From Pocillopora damicornis (Eukaryota): DNA of 64,000 nt. Of this stretch, positions 35,931 to 48,451 are shown in pieces. A model generated the notes under the pieces. The model was not told where the DNA came from and ran no database searches. It saw only the letters and a program-made list of their open reading frames with translations. Position numbers and translations under genes: made by a program. The stretch's first letter is position 1; each line of letters opens with the position of its first letter. Location of the stretch: positions 1-64,000 of the forward strand of contig NW_020843655.1 of NCBI RefSeq assembly GCF_003704095.1, written 5' to 3'.

Positions 35931-36850
35931 ACTAACGTACAAATAAAACTTGTGTTAATTTCCTTGAAAAAATGATTAGTAATTTATGTTTACACGATTT
36001 CCTGGTGCGGGTTAGGGCCTTCTGTTTTTATTTGGTTGTTATTTAAAATTTTTTTCTCATAAGGAACTTTATAAAGAAAGAAAACATTACTCAATTCTTG
36101 TGTTCATAGGAATGAATAAAAACATACCTGATCAAAACTCGGCTTTTACGTCTGAGTTTATGGCGGTGTCTATGGTAACCGGGGAATTTCACCTTTCCAC
36201 TTTAAAACCGCTAATCAAATATGGAGAAAAATTCATTGAAAATAAACAGTTCGTTGAAAAAGCTGTTAGCTCTCGCGAAGATCTTACAATAGCGAGAATA
36301 AAGGAAAACTGGGCATAAGTTCATATGATGCTGTTCTTGATTAAGTGAACTGAAGGTCAGTAACCCGCGAGCAAACCGGAGCGCTTCTTAGCAAATAGGT
36401 ATACTAGTGCATAGTGATCTTGAATAAATTAACTTTTTTATCAGTTTAATTTTATATGCACGCCAACTTTGATGAACGAAAAATCGAAAATAGCTACAAA
36501 ACACAAAAAGCAGCGATCGAGAGTACTCAAAGGTTAATTTTGAAGCTGCGTTTGTGAATTGTTTAACAGACCTGTAATACCACTCTTTGAAAACTTCATT
36601 TAAATAGAAGATAACAGACATATGTCTCAAATATATTGTAATGTGTCTTGCCGGTTCCCAACCGAGGGCGAGTCGAACAGAAAATAAAGAAATAGCTTCT
36701 ATTCACAACAAATGGCATATTTTTCAGAATATGATTATTGCACTTAAGGTTGAAAGGCAAACTGCCAAAGATTTATGCTTGCCGCTTAAGTTAGACGTGA
36801 TTGGTGGAAATCTCCGTTGAAATGAAACTGGTAGAACGATAACATTACAA

Positions 36851-37104
36851 AGCAATTTTCAATTAAGTGTCAAAAGTAATCAGGGATTGCTTTGGTTTAA
36901 CTCTACTTCACTTTGTGATTGGTCTAGAAAACTCGTGTCACTCTCACAACCAATCAGATGCAAACTAAAACCATTTACAACTTGGTCGCCCGCGTTTTCC
37001 CGCGCTTGAGGCTGTTCGCTCGTTTTTTTAGTTTTTGTTCTCATTGGCTCTAAGATGCATTTACCTCCCTTCGATTTTACGACACTTAGTCGAAAAGCGC
37101 TCTT
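36851..37104 (-). mobile_element. CCAAT-rich MITE-like element, best-preserved copy
   Basis: Imperfect inverted termini agcaattttcaattaagtgtcaaaa and ttttacgacacttagtcgaaaagcgctct; body matches 14125-14337 and 29235-29495. Confidence 0.7.
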
Positions 37105-37383
37105 ATGGAATTGTCATACGGTAAAGTTTACCAGGTGCAATCTTCGTCAACTTCTCCATTCGACTTATCTTTACCCGTTCTTTTTTCTAGTTCTCTCACC
37201 AGTGTTTCCCAATCTCCCTCAAATATTCGTTCAGCCATGCATATCTTGTACTTTTAACCACTGGAATTTTTTCGTCAAACAGTATTCCAAAGTTGAAGTT
37301 TGTACTTTCTTCTCTTCTCCTTTTTGTTTGAAAATATCTGGAGATCGTGACGAGAAATCTCTTTTTTAGGGGAAGGGAAGGGG

Positions 37384-37483
37384 NNNNNNNNNNNNNNNNN
37401 NNNNNNNNNNNNNNNNNNNNNNNNNNNNNNNNNNNNNNNNNNNNNNNNNNNNNNNNNNNNNNNNNNNNNNNNNNNNNNNNNNN
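37384..37483. other. Assembly gap (100 N)
   Basis: Run of N. Confidence 1.
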
Positions 37484-40400
37484 TGGTTCAAATGCTAAAT
37501 TAATGCAGTAACCGCAGATAAGTCAGCCCGTATGACCAATTAGGAAACGGATTAGAACCACGTGCATATCGTTCAAATCTGGAAAGATACCGTGATCACA
37601 ATTTATTCAAAGGAAACTGCTCGACCTTTGCAATTTCATAAGGCACCTTCAGGCACAATTGAATTTGAACTCTTTAATGTAAAATATGAGTTGGAGCTTT
37701 GATTACTGATTTTATTAATATAATCGATAACAATTTTGCCTTTGAACGGACTCTTTTCAACAAAGGCTGATATTTTTTAAAAATTGTCACGAATCTACAA
37801 TTTGGAGAACATAAGCGTCATATTTCCACTTTTTGCCCTATTACAAGTAAAACAACTGGGACATCTTATATTTTTCTTGGTAACAACAGAAAAACGTAGA
37901 GTTATGTTCGTATGAATCGTTAACATCGACCGAAAGTTCTCGAAGGGCTTTCTGATAGTAGTTGCTATCAGGAATTCTTGGACTGAAAGCCTCTGGGATA
38001 CCAGTTTTTCTCTCTCGAGTTTTCGCGGTAAAAGCAGGTATATATCAAATTTAAAAATTAAAACAATGAAAAGCCAGACATTGAGTAATTTTTGAATTTA
38101 AAAAAAATAATTAAGTGCTGTAGAACCTCCACCTGCATTTTCTTATTGGTATTAATGTTCGGTTTTGTTTATCTCACATTCTTAGTCATAACTTACAAGT
38201 TAAAATTCGTTTTTCCTCTATTTGCCACCGATAACACTTGTGATAACCCAATTCAAAGCAAAATGTAAAATTGAATTAAGCATCATTTGTTAATTTGACC
38301 TGTTTCATGCGGTTGTGAAACTTTGAGCTAAAGTTTCACTTCTTAATCACCTTTGGACAGACGACCGTCATATTCGTTCCACTAAAACTTTACGGTAGAG
38401 ATTGTTAATAAAGGTAATGAGGATTAACTATAGATTGGCTAGTATGTTATTACTCGTCGTTCAATTGCAATCCGTTTGTCTGCCTGTATGATCGAACTAT
38501 GAACACTTAAGTTTTCTGACGCGATGAGTTTGAGTGCTTTATCAGTATTGTTGAAGTCTAAGATGAATCCAGTCTTTTGTGTCAAGTGATTTGTCAAGGT
38601 AATCAAGAGTATTTCTTTGACTTCCATACTGTGCGTGATGAGTAGGAGTGAAGATACACACTTTAATTATCATCAAGAACTCTCGCGAAGTCATCCTTAA
38701 TTACCGGAGAAAAAGTCGTATTTTATAAAAAGCATTTCGGTTGACGCATGTAAACCAAATTTTGACAAAAGCTTAACCGCTTTGGTTTATTCTTTTATTT
38801 TCTTCCTCCCACACAAATCAGTATATTCAAGTAAAGGCTAACATGTCTTTGATCATGTTTTGTCTGGCTATATCCATATTTTCAGCTTAATTGCTTTGGT
38901 AATTAATGTTCGGATAAGTCTACCTCAACATCTGTTGATAACTAAGTTTTTTGTGATTGGTTCGGGTGATTCTTTTTAAGCTGAATACGTGCTTAAATAA
39001 CACTGTCGGTGTCAATGCCACAGCAGTTGACCATATGTCTGAGAGAGTTTTTCAATCTTAAAGGCTGCTACCTGCTACGCATCTACTAAGGGTAAGATTC
39101 ACTAATAAATTTATCTAGTTGTATCAATGAGTTTTGTTTTACAGTTTTTTTTTTCCCACAAAGAATATTAAGTTTTTTTCTTCTGGTTGTTGGACAAACC
39201 TAGACGATAATTAGGAGATCGTCCAAGGTGCTTTCAAACAACACTGCTATACAAATTGCGGATTTTTTTTCAACTATTTTTGTTAATGCGAGAACTCTCG
39301 GGCATTAACAGGATTTTGTCGCGGTTGGAACATCTCCATTGTAAATCTATTGAAGTAGCCACTCGAGCAAACTTTTAAATTGACGCTAGTTGTCAGCTTT
39401 GGTGTCAAAAGTCTTTACCTATTTTGAGATATTTCTAGTTTACGCCTGACTTAATAACTGATATTCATGCGTTCCTTGTTGACCTTTTTAGTTGAAGGTT
39501 TGAAGATTATTATGTTTATAAATGTTCTATGTGGAGGTATTCCTAGTTGTAACCGGAAACTTTAACATAATATGTTTGTCCTCGAACTCAATCTGGCAGC
39601 GCGCTTGTTTGATGGAGAGTCCCATAATCAATGCCAAATGCAGTTGAAGCAACTCTAATTTGGTCATCAAAGCTAACAAGCCCTATTTTCAAGGCCTGCC
39701 AATAATACTAAAAAGATATCTTATCGCCTGAAGAATTACTATTGGTGTGACCGGTAAATTTTTCCGTAGTGTACATATTCGTCCGGCTGCAAGCTTCAAA
39801 GTTTACTCCAAAAAAATTGTTTTTCACGTGTATTTTCCAGAAGAAAAAAAAGGCCTCCAACTCTTTTGTTACAGCACGATAAGTTGCGTGCATTTCTTTC
39901 TAGGAATTAAGGCATTTTGAGTGGTAAGCCTCCAATTTTATGATAACTTCAAGCATTTCTTTCTGCGAATAAAGAAATTTTGAGAGTTAGTCCTCCAATT
40001 TAATGATCACTTCACGCAAGGGTGATTACAGAATGGATTTCAGTGACGTTATACTCAGCCAATCAGAAGGCACGTAAGTCGAAAATCATCTACGCGATTA
40101 TACTAACACGCCATAGATTGATTAAATTATATTTGGGAACCTAGATACTGGCTTTCGGTTCAGTGGGAAAATGCTAAAGCTGGAGTGTTGAAGAGAACGA
40201 ATAATTGTTTCTTATTGAATATAATTGTAACGTAATTGGTTGGTTTTAGTATAACTTTAATTAATATGTAAAAATCTTGTAATAATTTGTTAAACTGGCA
40301 CAGTATTGGACAAAACAAAGAAAACAATTTTCTGCAGAACTTTGTTTCGTCCAGTTAACCTGCAGCTGTTTATTATAAAGAAAGGAGACCGTTGTTCTCC

Positions 40401-43034
40401 AACGCTAACTTGTTAAGAATTCTCTCCAATGAACAAAGAAGATTTGGTTATGTCATCTATGGTAATATTATGAAATGAAACTTCGCTTCAAAGCCGTCTT
40501 GGCTAGAATAATGAATAAGCTAGAACCGTCAAGTTTCCATGATATTTGAAATACTTCACAAAGAGAAAAAATTTGCATTTCGGACCAATGGTCTCAAATG
40601 CTGTGGCCTGCCCGTTTAACATATCAATTACAAAGATCTGATAAGCACTTCTCAGCTCTAACCACTAAAAATTTCCCTATGAATCAGTGAGGGGAATATG
40701 GTTCTTTATCGAAAAGAAAAAAGCAAAAACACTTGGCTACTGAGTTTTCTTTGACTTTCTTATCACCAGTTTGTACGATAATGAATCTTATGTTGGTTTG
40801 CCATTTCAGAGAGTTGAAGAATAATGGTAACCACAATTCAATATGCGTCCAGAATTGATGTTAACTTGTGCTAAGAAAGGCCTATAACATACGTCAAACA
40901 CGGACGTCGTCTCATCTCGGTTGCCAGACCTACTTTGACGCGAGTCACATTTTACGACCAAAATATTTTTTCCAAATTAGCCAAGATTATTGACCGATGT
41001 TCCCAGGCATTTGAGGGTCCCTTCTTCTTGAAATTTAACGAAAAAAAACAAAAGCACGAAATAGCGGGCTGCTCCAGCAATCTGCTGAGAAAAGTCTCGA
41101 AAATATCCTGCGACGGAAATGGCCTTCGGTTTTTTTTTCTGCGTTGAGGAAGTGGGAGTTATAGGTCGAGTTTAAATTAACGATGATCGATTGTATGAGA
41201 AAAAATTAGTAATAAAAAAACAAATATCAAAAGTATTACAATGTTAAATGCGATTAAAAGCAGAGCGAGCATGCACCCTTTCCGCCTGAGAAAATAATTT
41301 CAAGTCCCTAAATTAGTGTGAGCTCGCTTTTAAGAGGGATGTCATCACCAGACGGAAGTCTGTCTAATATTTTTAAATTGAAAATAAAACAAAATGTTTG
41401 CCTTATATGCTTCTAATAAATTTTTCTCTTTATTCTTCGCCGCTTTCCTGAGCACGCTTCTCTTATATAGAATGGAAATGAAGAGCATGATAAATGTCAA
41501 GAAAATATTAAATTTGTGCCAAACATCGAGTCCAAACTCGCTTAAAAAAATATTTATCATGGAGCCAGTAACGCTGAAAGGAGAATTAGTTTTACAATAG
41601 ATCTATTCAAGTTTGTTATAGAATGATTAATTTTTTCAAAAGAGGAGTTGTTTTTATATTTTAATAATGGAAACCAATTTCCCCCGGATAAGCTTTTGAA
41701 AGATAACATGGGTTTAAATTTCCGTTTAAAAAAGAGTCACGCTGTCAAAGGATCCCTCAGCCTTCTTAATGGAAAAGCGAATTTTGTGTATGCAACTTGC
41801 AAGAACAAGCTTTAAAGCATGAGAAATTAACTTGTCTTCGATCAAATTTTTCGTCAGGTTTTAACTTTTTCATCTTCGTTCTTCAAATAGTCTTCGCTTT
41901 ATCCTCCATTGCACACTAGCAGAAACAAAATCTATGATAATTAGAACTAAATCCTTTCACTATCTTTTGCTAGGAAACCCTTGCTTCCTATGACAGAGAA
42001 AATTTTCTCCTGAGACACCCGACGGTTAAAATTCTCCTAACAAGCTGTTTTCGCGAGGAGCATGATCAAAATTGGTAACATGAAGACATCGAAAGCATTC
42101 CGTCTAGCTGTTCTGCTTGTATTCTTGGCAACTTGTACCGAATTATCGACTGGTTTACCAACATCGTTAGCAGATAAAGGTAGGTATAAAAGTTACTTTT
42201 GAGCAAGTTATCATTGGGCAACCTGAACGTTTTAGGCCAACCTTTAGCTCTATTTTCCATCGGTTTTCGGTTTTCGGTTTTCGGTCAATATAAAATTAAT
42301 TGCGCTTCAATTTTCTGCCTGAACGAGCAAATCGTGTGAAATGATCTGAACGTTTTCGGCGATTTAAAGGAGACACTGGCCATGAAGTGTCTAAAAAAAA
42401 AGACTCGATGAATCGTTTATTTCTATCCCGAACCTTGTTGTGTCGTGACGTGCCTTTTAGAACACAAAATGTAAAACAGAATTGTTCAGTTTGGTTACAT
42501 GATTTCGAAGACAATGCCTATACATTATAGACAGCTGCAGAAGCAATTGTAAACATATAAAAAAATACTTAAAGATTAGTTGCCAAAAGCTCCACATTTT
42601 TAAAATTTTCAAACCAGGCAGCGCCATTTTTAACTGAGTACTGATTTAACCTGGCTGCTCTTCTGTTTACAAACACATGTTTTTATATAATTCGGCCACC
42701 AAATATTTTTCCGTCTCGTCTTACCATGCCCTCTATTTCACAAGCGTTTAATAAAGTTTTTTAGCCTCATTATTATGTGTTATTGCCCGACCCCAGATCC
42801 CCTCAGCAAATATTTTTTATTCTCACCACTACTAGCTTAGGACAAGTTTTTACTCTCCCCAAGCTTCCCTCAATCTTACCCATCCAATATGGCGGTCTCT
42901 TCACTGGATCGTATTAGTGAACCCTTGCTCGTCAGGCAATACGTTTGCTATGTTAGGAATCCTTCCCACTTCTTTAGTCCTTGTAACTTTTATCGTCTTT
43001 TTTCTTCTTCCCGTACTCGTTGTCACTTTTTCTA

Positions 43035-43248
43035 ACGGGTTTTTAGGCGGGCAGGATAGCAACGCCGAGGAAGACGTCGATTTTGAAATGAATTTGAGTC
43101 AGTCGTACTTTTCGTCAGAATTTCGCGAATGGACGCATGCAAGAGTTTATAATCGCTTAATGCATGTAATTACCGTAGTTACCGGCCGATCTCTTATTTT
43201 GTCGCGTTCTTGTTGCCGTTACCGTTGTGGTTTGCACAACGTTCCCTG
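43035..43248 (-). mobile_element. Second, diverged member of the 31057-31398 element family
   Basis: tagcaacgccgaggaagacgtcgatt at the left end is the near reverse complement of aatcgaggtcttccttagcgttgcta (31363-31388). Confidence 0.55.
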
Positions 43249-44504
43249 ACATTGTTATGGCTCAGTTTCCTAAATTCTAAGTATTTGGGTTCCGCCGCTT
43301 CTACACTGTTATTCTAAAACGAAAAATTTCTTACTCTCTCACAGAAAGTCTAAGGTCTCTTCCTTGTGAAGATAGCTCAGACAAATACTACTGTTTCTAT
43401 GAGATCGCACTGGAGGATGCTTGTGATGTAAAACCGTTTGTAATGATGAAACAATGCAAATTTTCCTGTGGCTTCTGTTAGTAAGTATTAACTTCTATAT
43501 ATTGTCATTTATTCAGCAATAAGTTTTGCATTACCCATAATTTATAAGAGAGATCGCGGTTAGGATCTTTTTTATTTAAAGATCTCCCTCTTCATTTCCA
43601 GGGCTTTCCCTTTAAGAACTGATTCACTCTTCCCTTCTTCAACCCATCTTCACTAACGTGTCATTTCGTAAAGAGAAAGCCGGAATTGAAATAACCCATA
43701 TGTCAACTCAGCAGATTGGTATAATTAATACTATTGCTTCAACCTCACCTCCCAATTCTACCCCCTCCCCCTTCAAGTATAAAATTACAAATATTACCCC
43801 CTCCTTCCCCACAAGATTATAAAGATTTCTAAGGCAAGGCCTTTGATGAAACTTTCATTTTACTGCGTAAAATCACATTGTCAGTAACAGAAATGCATGT
43901 TTTTGCGATGTATTTCCGTTCATGGGTTATAATCTTATTGTGAAAATTAAGTAGTTGTTTGTTTAAGGCTTTCCAAGAAAAAAAAAAACAGGAAAAGGCA
44001 AGCTGTGTTGTCTCACTGAATTTTAAGATTCCATTTGCAGCTGAGATTCTGAATTCCACATAGGTTTTAATCAGAATTTTTCTCTCTCTTCCAGGTCATA
44101 AATGGAAACTGTTGTTTAACCGGCTACATAATGCTTATTCGACTGAATAAATAACTTATTGTATAAGATATAGTTTAGGCATCTTTCAAAGATATTCTAT
44201 TCGTGGACCGTTTCAAATTCAAATGTAAAATATACTGATAAGTGATATTCATTGTCTTACGTATTTTAAAATGACTCAGAAATAAATCAGAAGTCAATCA
44301 CAGCGAGGAAAATTACCAGGAGACAACGGGAACTCGAAGAACAAGCAAGCTACTAGAAGCGTGGGAAAACACGTGCTTGGTTTTAGTTTTGCCAAGTCGT
44401 GCTTGGTTTTAGTTTTGAATCTGATTGGTTGAGAAAATGGCAATAGTTTTCAGGACCAATCTCATAACGAAATACAGTAAAACTAAACCGATTCCGGATT
44501 AGAG

Positions 44505-44712
44505 AGTATTTAGTATTATCAACTGAGTTGATAACGTAAATTGGCCATTATAAAGAGTTTTAAAGCTAACATTCGCCGTGACGAAAGGCTAACGCTCGAA
44601 ACGCCAGCTTTTAAACTCTTTATGGTGGCCAATTTACGTTATTAACTCAGTTGATAATACTCTCGCCGACGCAGTACCATAGTCTATTTAGAAACTTACC
44701 CCCTTTATTCAA
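44505..44712 (+). mobile_element. Penelope-like palindromic element with a degenerate hammerhead core, nested in a CCAAT-rich MITE
   Basis: ~56-bp inverted arms (44512-44567 and 44606-44661) surround gtgacga-aaggctaacgctc-gaaacgcc. The host element resumes at ~44712. Confidence 0.65.
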
Positions 44713-45192
44713 TTCCGATTTACTTTAGACACTCAATTGAAACTTGCTCTCATTTATTGTATTGCAAAATTACTTTCCACTTTCTTGTTTAAAATGCTTC
44801 AACTAATCGAGTTAACTTTGCTAGTCATTTCTTTTAACCTTTGCATCTTCTGCTAGACATCAAAAGAGCTTCGTCCTCTCTTGTTCAAATCGACTACAGA
44901 AGTGGAGTTTACTAAGTGTCAAAAATTCTGCTTTGTCGTTAAACTTACTACTATGACTCTGGGATCAGATTGCAAAAACGCTGTCTTGTTCAAAATCGCG
45001 TTTTTCAACAGACTTGCAAGACTGATATGTATATCGAGTGACCGGAACGTTGTCGTATCTTGTTATTATTATATTAGAACGTCTTTTGATTTTGAATTAA
45101 TGCAGACTTCTCTAAACATTCCACAGCTTTCTGAGGTTAACCGCACCGTGCTGCAAAACATAAAAGAAACAAAATAAAGGATTAGGGTAATT

Positions 45193-45362
45193 TCCCATTT
45201 CTGAATTACCTTTGGCCTCTTTCTCAAAGCGAGTCCTGGTGCTAGTTTCATATGAAAATATGTTTTTTATTCATATGCAAATTAGATTGATTTTCTTACG
45301 AATGGTTGAGCACCAGGCTTCGTTTTGAAAAAAAAGCTAAAGGTAATCCGGAAATGGCGGAT
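45193..45362. mobile_element. MITE with long imperfect terminal inverted repeats
   Basis: ccatttctgaattacctttggcctctttctcaaagcgagtcctggtgct pairs with agcaccaggcttcgttttgaaaaaaaagctaaaggtaatccggaaatgg. Confidence 0.75.
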
Positions 45363-45732
45363 TGAATTCATGTAAAGTTTACCGAGTAATCCTCTCAGCG
45401 TGATTTACTCACTTCGTATGCGACTCATAGTTGCTGAAAATCAGGCTGAGTTCAACCGAAACTGATCCAAATGAGATCAAAGAGGAATAAGAATTATGAA
45501 CAATGTCTGACCTTTTTTCGGAACCAAGTGTTAACATGTCAAGGAGAGACCCATAGGCACTCTTAAATAGTATCTCTTTTTCCAGCTTTAAGTGTTTTGA
45601 AACAGTGGCGATAAAGAAACTTGTAGTCAACAGCTTTCACTTAGTGAAAGCTGCATTCGCTTCACCGGGAAGATAAATTAAAATCACAAAACTATACCTT
45701 CTGCATCATCGTCATCATTTCAATGTATAAGC

Positions 45733-48137
45733 TTATTCCGTCAGCTTCATTTTTCTTTCATATCGCAGCCACCTTCTGATCTGTTTGAGAGCCTGTGCGT
45801 TCCACGTCAACACTACACTTGACGATGACAGCACAAGTTTTTTCCTTGACGCGCTTTCATAGCTGCAGATCAGAAACGTTCTTCTTGCTTTAATAGAGGG
45901 GCAAAGCTTTTTAGTATTGCTCCAGATCTTTATGCGGCCGGTGTGAATTAATTTGTTTCCTTGCTTGAATACTCTGGCAACTTTTCCGTGGATTATTGTT
46001 CCTTTATTTCCAACTCCCTCCAACAGAATCACTCTGAACTTAATAACTGAAAGGATAGATAAACGTAGTGTAAGAACGTGTCATTCGCTTTGTCGAAGGG
46101 CTATCATTTGAAAAACTAGCTTCACAACTCTTTAAGATGGCGATTCATATCAACTCATCAACTCAGTTGATAACAAAATTATCTTGTTATATCCCTTGCC
46201 GACGCAGCACTACAGTTTCTTTACAAACATACCCCCTTTATTCATGGATACTTTAAGGGATACTTTAAATTTGCGGGCGAATTGATAGCATAGGCAGGAA
46301 GATTATACTAATTCGGGATCGAGTGCAATTAATATATATATGCGATCTCTATCGCCAGTCACGATATGAAATTACTGACCAGAAATGCATCCTTTTGGGT
46401 GTAAGTGAGAAAAAAGAGCAAGGAAGAGAGAGGAAGAGAAAACGAAGCCATTGTCTGGCTACAGTAGTTGAGAATGGTCAGAAAAGAATTCAAAATATGA
46501 CAAAAAAAATTAAATTAAAGAATCGCCGGGTGTTTTTTTCGAAACTTGGAGTGCTTTTCTTTATTTGAGTGTCAAGGCATGTTTTTGTGACTCTGTTTTT
46601 GTAAAACCACTTGAAAACTCTTGTCCTGTAACAAAATTATCGCGTATCGAGTTATTTCAGCCGTTTACCAGCACGTTCTAGCCTCACCGATCAAATAGCA
46701 CCATCTCGATCGTGAAAAATGAGGCCATCTCGCTCGCTCGCTCGCGTACCTTTGTGCCACAGGCCATGTAATAAAGTAATTGCAGATATATAAACCCCCT
46801 TACCATAATCGAAATGTTTGCTGGCGTAATGCTGGTAATCAACTGGAAGCTCCATTGCACAGGAGTTATCCTTTACATCACCTAACATCGTTTAATGGAT
46901 GAAAAAGTTTTAATGACAATAGTCAGAATGATATTTATAATGTCAATGACGAAGGAAATGCAAGTAAATAGTTGCAGTGATATAGTGACATTGATATCAT
47001 GGTAGTAATAACCTTCCATGAAAATCATTTGACCGATTTCCCTCATAATTAGTTCCTTCTCATGTCTCAATGCATCAAAATCTTGACAACAACTTAAGAT
47101 AATAATCGTTCTAATTTTCCTCTTGCAAGTCTCAATTGGTGGTAATCTACCATTTGATTAGAAGATCGCGATAATGTTTACATGTGTCTGATCGTTCTCT
47201 GACAAATTTGGAATTGTTGCCTCTCTCTAGGAGCAGAGAAAAGAAACCACGGACCATTCCAAAGGTACGTTTTAGGTCAATGTTAAAAATTCACCAGAAA
47301 GGATTGATACTATTTGGAGTTGTTGATAATGTTGTTGCCAATTAGGACCTCGTGAAAAAGGAAGAGTTTTGTTGTCCATATAATGTGTCTAAAGTCCGCT
47401 GAAGGTTTAGTTTCGGAACACGAGGTGAGTTCAGAGTAGTAACCTTTAGGATTCAATTTTGGATCCTACGATAGAAAACCAAACGGAGAATTTGAACTTG
47501 GTTCACTCAAAGATAAATCAAATAAAGAGACTTAAAGATACACAAAGAGACGAACTGCAATCTTCACTATCTTATCACTATTTCCCAAAAAAAATTAAAA
47601 GTAATCGATTTTTCGACAGATTACCATAATTGGCTCGATATTTACAGATTTTGCTGCTCAACGAGTACATAGCGACTTACTTGCGGGCTGATGAGCGGGA
47701 ACAAACGACATGGGTTGAACACACACTCCATCCGAGAACTTGGGGAGCTCTTCACACCTCAGAAAACTTGGCCACTGCTTCCTAATCGCGGGACAGCCCT
47801 TCTTGATTTTCTCACACAAAAATCGGCATGGTTTAATGACGCCCTCTTCAATTCCTGGCAAGCAAATGGGCAGGTAGAAGGAACAGAGGAAAAACGCGGC
47901 ATGCTTGGCACAATTCGCGTCTTCAACAAACACCGAGCTGTAGTAGTCTATGGATCGTCTAGCCAACACTTGGCTGCGATGGCCAACCAAATTTGGGAAG
48001 CGGGTGAAATTGTATGGTAAAACACGGACGCACAAGGGAACTGAGATTTCCTCGCATCTTCTAGGAAGTTTAACCCGAAATTCATGTGCGGTTTGAAAAG
48101 TTATAGGTATTATTGTCAAAATCCAGACCCAAAACAT
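45733..48137 (-). CDS. SFRP: Secreted frizzled-related protein (signal peptide + Frizzled CRD + NTR/C345C domain), ~282 aa; exons 48137-47681, 46881-46804, 46046-45733
   Basis: Signal-peptide-like MFWVWILTIIPITFQTA. Ten-Cys CRD (CEEI..PLC..YNFTRFPNLVGH..FFLCSFYLPIC..PCRFLCE..GC..WP..LRC..C). Two phase-1 GT-AG introns rebuild the NTR motif FDYVIKFRV, followed by LCPSIKARRTFLI and SVVLTW. 849 nt in frame, no TM domain. Confidence 0.88.
46084..46245 (+). repeat. Degenerate Penelope-like repeat in sFRP intron 2
   Basis: ttcgctttgtcgaagggcta...atcaactcagttgataac...ccgacgcagcactacagtttcttta..ccccctttattc matches 44571-44710. Confidence 0.6.
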
Positions 48138-48239
48138 CTTGTTAACTGCAACTGAGGAGCCAGCGCACTTTGACTTGCAGTCCTTAAGATACTTATATAT
48201 GTGTGCCAAAAAAAATTATCTTAGGTGTACCAGGGTAAT

Positions 48240-48451
48240 GTTGAGCCCTCTACTCCCAAGATCTCATCAGTAATACTCCTTTCTGTCTGCCATACAACTC
48301 TTATGTTGTAAGTTTAGAGAACTGGGTATTCGATCAACTGATAATCCTCTAATTGATATTTTTCTTTATTCTCATGACTTGTCTGCTTGATATTGTATTA
48401 ACACTGTAGGGAGAAATTCTGTCTTGGTCTCTCATGGGAGTTAAGGGTTCA
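48240..48451 (+). mobile_element. piggyBac-like MITE (subfamily B) just upstream of the sFRP start
   Basis: ccctctactcccaagatctc ... atgggagttaagggttcaa termini; body matches 3028-3233. Confidence 0.7.

Noticed and set aside
35300-45100. Short ORFs in the ~10-kb gene-poor interval (e.g. 37055-37369, 42917-43249, 44881-45177)
   Set aside because: No domain motifs or consistent splice chain, and several overlap repeats. Small or non-coding exons cannot be excluded without RNA data.
46031-46036. Alternative sFRP exon-3 acceptors (cag at 46034, gag at 46032)
   Set aside because: The first is out of phase and the second is a weak acceptor. The tttcag acceptor at 46047 is in phase and restores the DYVIK motif.
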